A stretch of 64,000 nt of DNA from Tricharina praecox (taxonomy: Eukaryota): positions 620,001-684,000 of the forward strand of contig NW_026250403.1 of NCBI RefSeq assembly GCF_024521635.1, written 5' to 3'. The notes below the pieces were generated by a model. The model was not told where the DNA came from. It saw only the letters and a program-made list of their open reading frames with translations, and ran no database searches. This document shows positions 62,061-64,000 of the stretch, in pieces. The stretch's first letter is position 1, and each line of letters starts with the position of its first letter. The translations under genes were made by a program, and so were the position numbers.

Positions 62061-62926
62061 AATAAGGTATTCAAACGAGTTGCGAGATCATCCGACCGGA
62101 TAGGGGCGAACTATACTCGGGTCCATTTATGCGTGTGTGTATGTGTTTAATGTAATTGCTTTCTGTACTTTTGCGGGTGGATTGGGTCGGTGGCTGTTGT
62201 ACGTAATGAGTACCTATTGGCTGTCCATTCAGAGAAAGCGCTGTATGGGATAAAGAATGATTGGGGTCGTAACGTTTGATTTCCGAGCACATGTTTGGCC
62301 GAAGACCCGGTCGGAGCAGTGCCGTAGAGTAGGTTTAGTCGTATTCAATTGTGCTTAACCAGATACCTATCAGCTCTTCAAACGGTACGTGATGGCATCT
62401 ACCTATGCGGGATCCCAAACTGCGGATTGCACCTGTGAGATACCTCTCTCGGCCTCGGTGCACATGCCAACTTTCAACTACCTTTGGTTTATTTAACCGA
62501 TTCGACTCATGGCTCTTCATGTCTCAGACAAGGCCGTGCTCTGCAGCTGTAATTCCCTCCATCCGAGGTTCGTATGTGGTCCGTCTAGCAAACTTGGCCA
62601 ATATCCTGTAAGAAGCGAGTCGGTTGTCCGTTCTGGGCCGGACGAATGATGGAATATGATGGCCTGTTGAACCGAGGGGTCGACGGCAAAGGCCAACGGT
62701 GGCGATTATTTTTTTGATAGCTCACAGCCGTATCAGATTTACTTTTTCGGCAAAAGGCTCTTTTTATTTCAAAGACTATGAGTAATGTTTTTTGTGTGAT
62801 GGGGGGCGACTTCCGTCTTGTGTAACCTCCTTCGGGCATCGCATCACTGTGCATCCGTGAGGTCATCCGATGCCCAGATGTTCTATGTAACGACATCTCA
62901 AGCTCCCACCACCAACTGCCTTCTCA

Positions 62927-64000
62927 ATGGCTGCTGCATCGCGCTTGCCATTCCCCACGCTTCGAAGCGCCCTGTCGCTTGCAACCCGGTACGTATATTG
63001 TCTTTCTGTCTCTCTGTCTCCGTGAATGAAAATCGTTAACGTAGAGTGGGGTGGGGCGAGCACAGATCAAGCTCACTCGTGGTGTCTCCGGCTACATATC
63101 GGTCGACGTCCGCAGCTTATTTCCGGAAAGTTCCCGCACGGTACATCAGCGTTAGTTCTGTCGCAAACCTGGAGTATTTCCATACAGATCGAACCCGTCC
63201 CGCTAACAGCACGCCGCAGGCAAAGGCTGCTGCCGTGCCCGATCCTGACCTACAAAGCCCAACGCGAACCTACAACGTTAACAAGGCAGATGCGCGACCG
63301 GTTCTCTCGGTACATCATGAGATCTCGTTTGATGACAGGAAGGTTCTAGTACCGTGGGAGGAGGGCAAAACTTCATACTTGTTGGACACCTGTCTTGCAC
63401 GAGGATGGGGGCATGCGTTGACCGAGGTTATTTAGTCAACACCTGTGGCTACGCGACCATTGCCAGTGTCCCGAATGTAGGCATCCCGAAACCATGCAGC
63501 GAATCGTCGATACATTCAGCGTGAGATGGTCTTGTCTTGAGTTCTCCAGTTTCCCGATCCTAACCGGTTGTAGATACCAAAGAATATCAAGCCGGCAGAG
63601 CTGAAGGCATCCGAGTCGGGTCTCGAGGTTAAATGTATGTGGGCCGTTGATTTCAAGGAGGATATTGCTAAGCATTGCTTCAGGGAGGGATGGCCATGTC
63701 AGCTCCTTCGAGTGGAAGTGGTTGCACTTGCACTCCTACAGCCCACGCCTGGAGAAATACCTTTCACCTCAGTGAGTCGCTGTTCTACTCTGGTTTGCCT
63801 ATGGGTCTCTAACTAGCCAGATTCCATTTCTGGGGATCCGAGATTGGGACAAATCCTCCCGAGATTAAGTACGATGATGTGATGGGATCGGACGAAGGTG
63901 CCGCACTGTGGGTGTCGAAGATTGTACGCATCCTACCACTGTGATGGCTCTTTGGTACTAACTGGGAAACGTTAGTTCAAATACGGCTTTTGTTACGTTG
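62927..64000 (+). CDS. Trimethyllysine dioxygenase / gamma-butyrobetaine hydroxylase family protein (5' part; continues beyond the window)
   Basis: MAAASRLPFPTLRS presequence-like start; spliced FQHLWLRDHCQCPECRHPETMQRIVDTFS (GBBH-type N-terminal Zn motif), DGHVSSFEWKWL, YDDVMGSDEGAALWVSKI|FKYGFCYV. Confidence 0.88.

Overview
Eukaryotic, intron-rich DNA from a filamentous ascomycete. Pezizomycetes is my best guess from protein style and the LINE relics, but it is an inference. I reconstructed 15 protein-coding genes by hand from GT-AG introns. From the left: a single-barrel MetE-like (cobalamin-independent methionine synthase II family) enzyme (-), an aquaporin (-), an Scj1-like ER DnaJ (+) and an uncharacterised fungal protein (+). 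Next is a KdsD/KpsF-like SIS sugar-phosphate isomerase (+) flanked by ~11.6 kb and ~4 kb of gene-poor, microsatellite-rich DNA. Then come a small cytochrome b5 ending in AKL (-), an F-BAR/SH3 Cdc15/Hof1-like protein (-), NOT1 (+), NDC80 (-), PEX14 (+), seipin (-), a small membrane protein (-), ETF-ubiquinone oxidoreductase (-), an intronless APH/choline-kinase-like protein (+) and a trimethyllysine dioxygenase-like gene that runs off the window end (+). Two decayed LINE 3' relics lie tail-to-tail at ~9.7-10.9 kb. The strongest leads are: (1) a ~160-nt G-U-rich hairpin inside the exceptionally long 747-nt intron of the SIS gene; (2) a half-size methionine-synthase-like enzyme lacking the N-terminal barrel of MetE; (3) an APH-family kinase whose catalytic Asp codon is AAC (Asn), one A-to-G change from active; (4) tandem uORFs abutting the NOT1 start. 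No tRNA, rRNA or CRISPR array was recognised. Family assignments are from motif recognition only; no searches were run.
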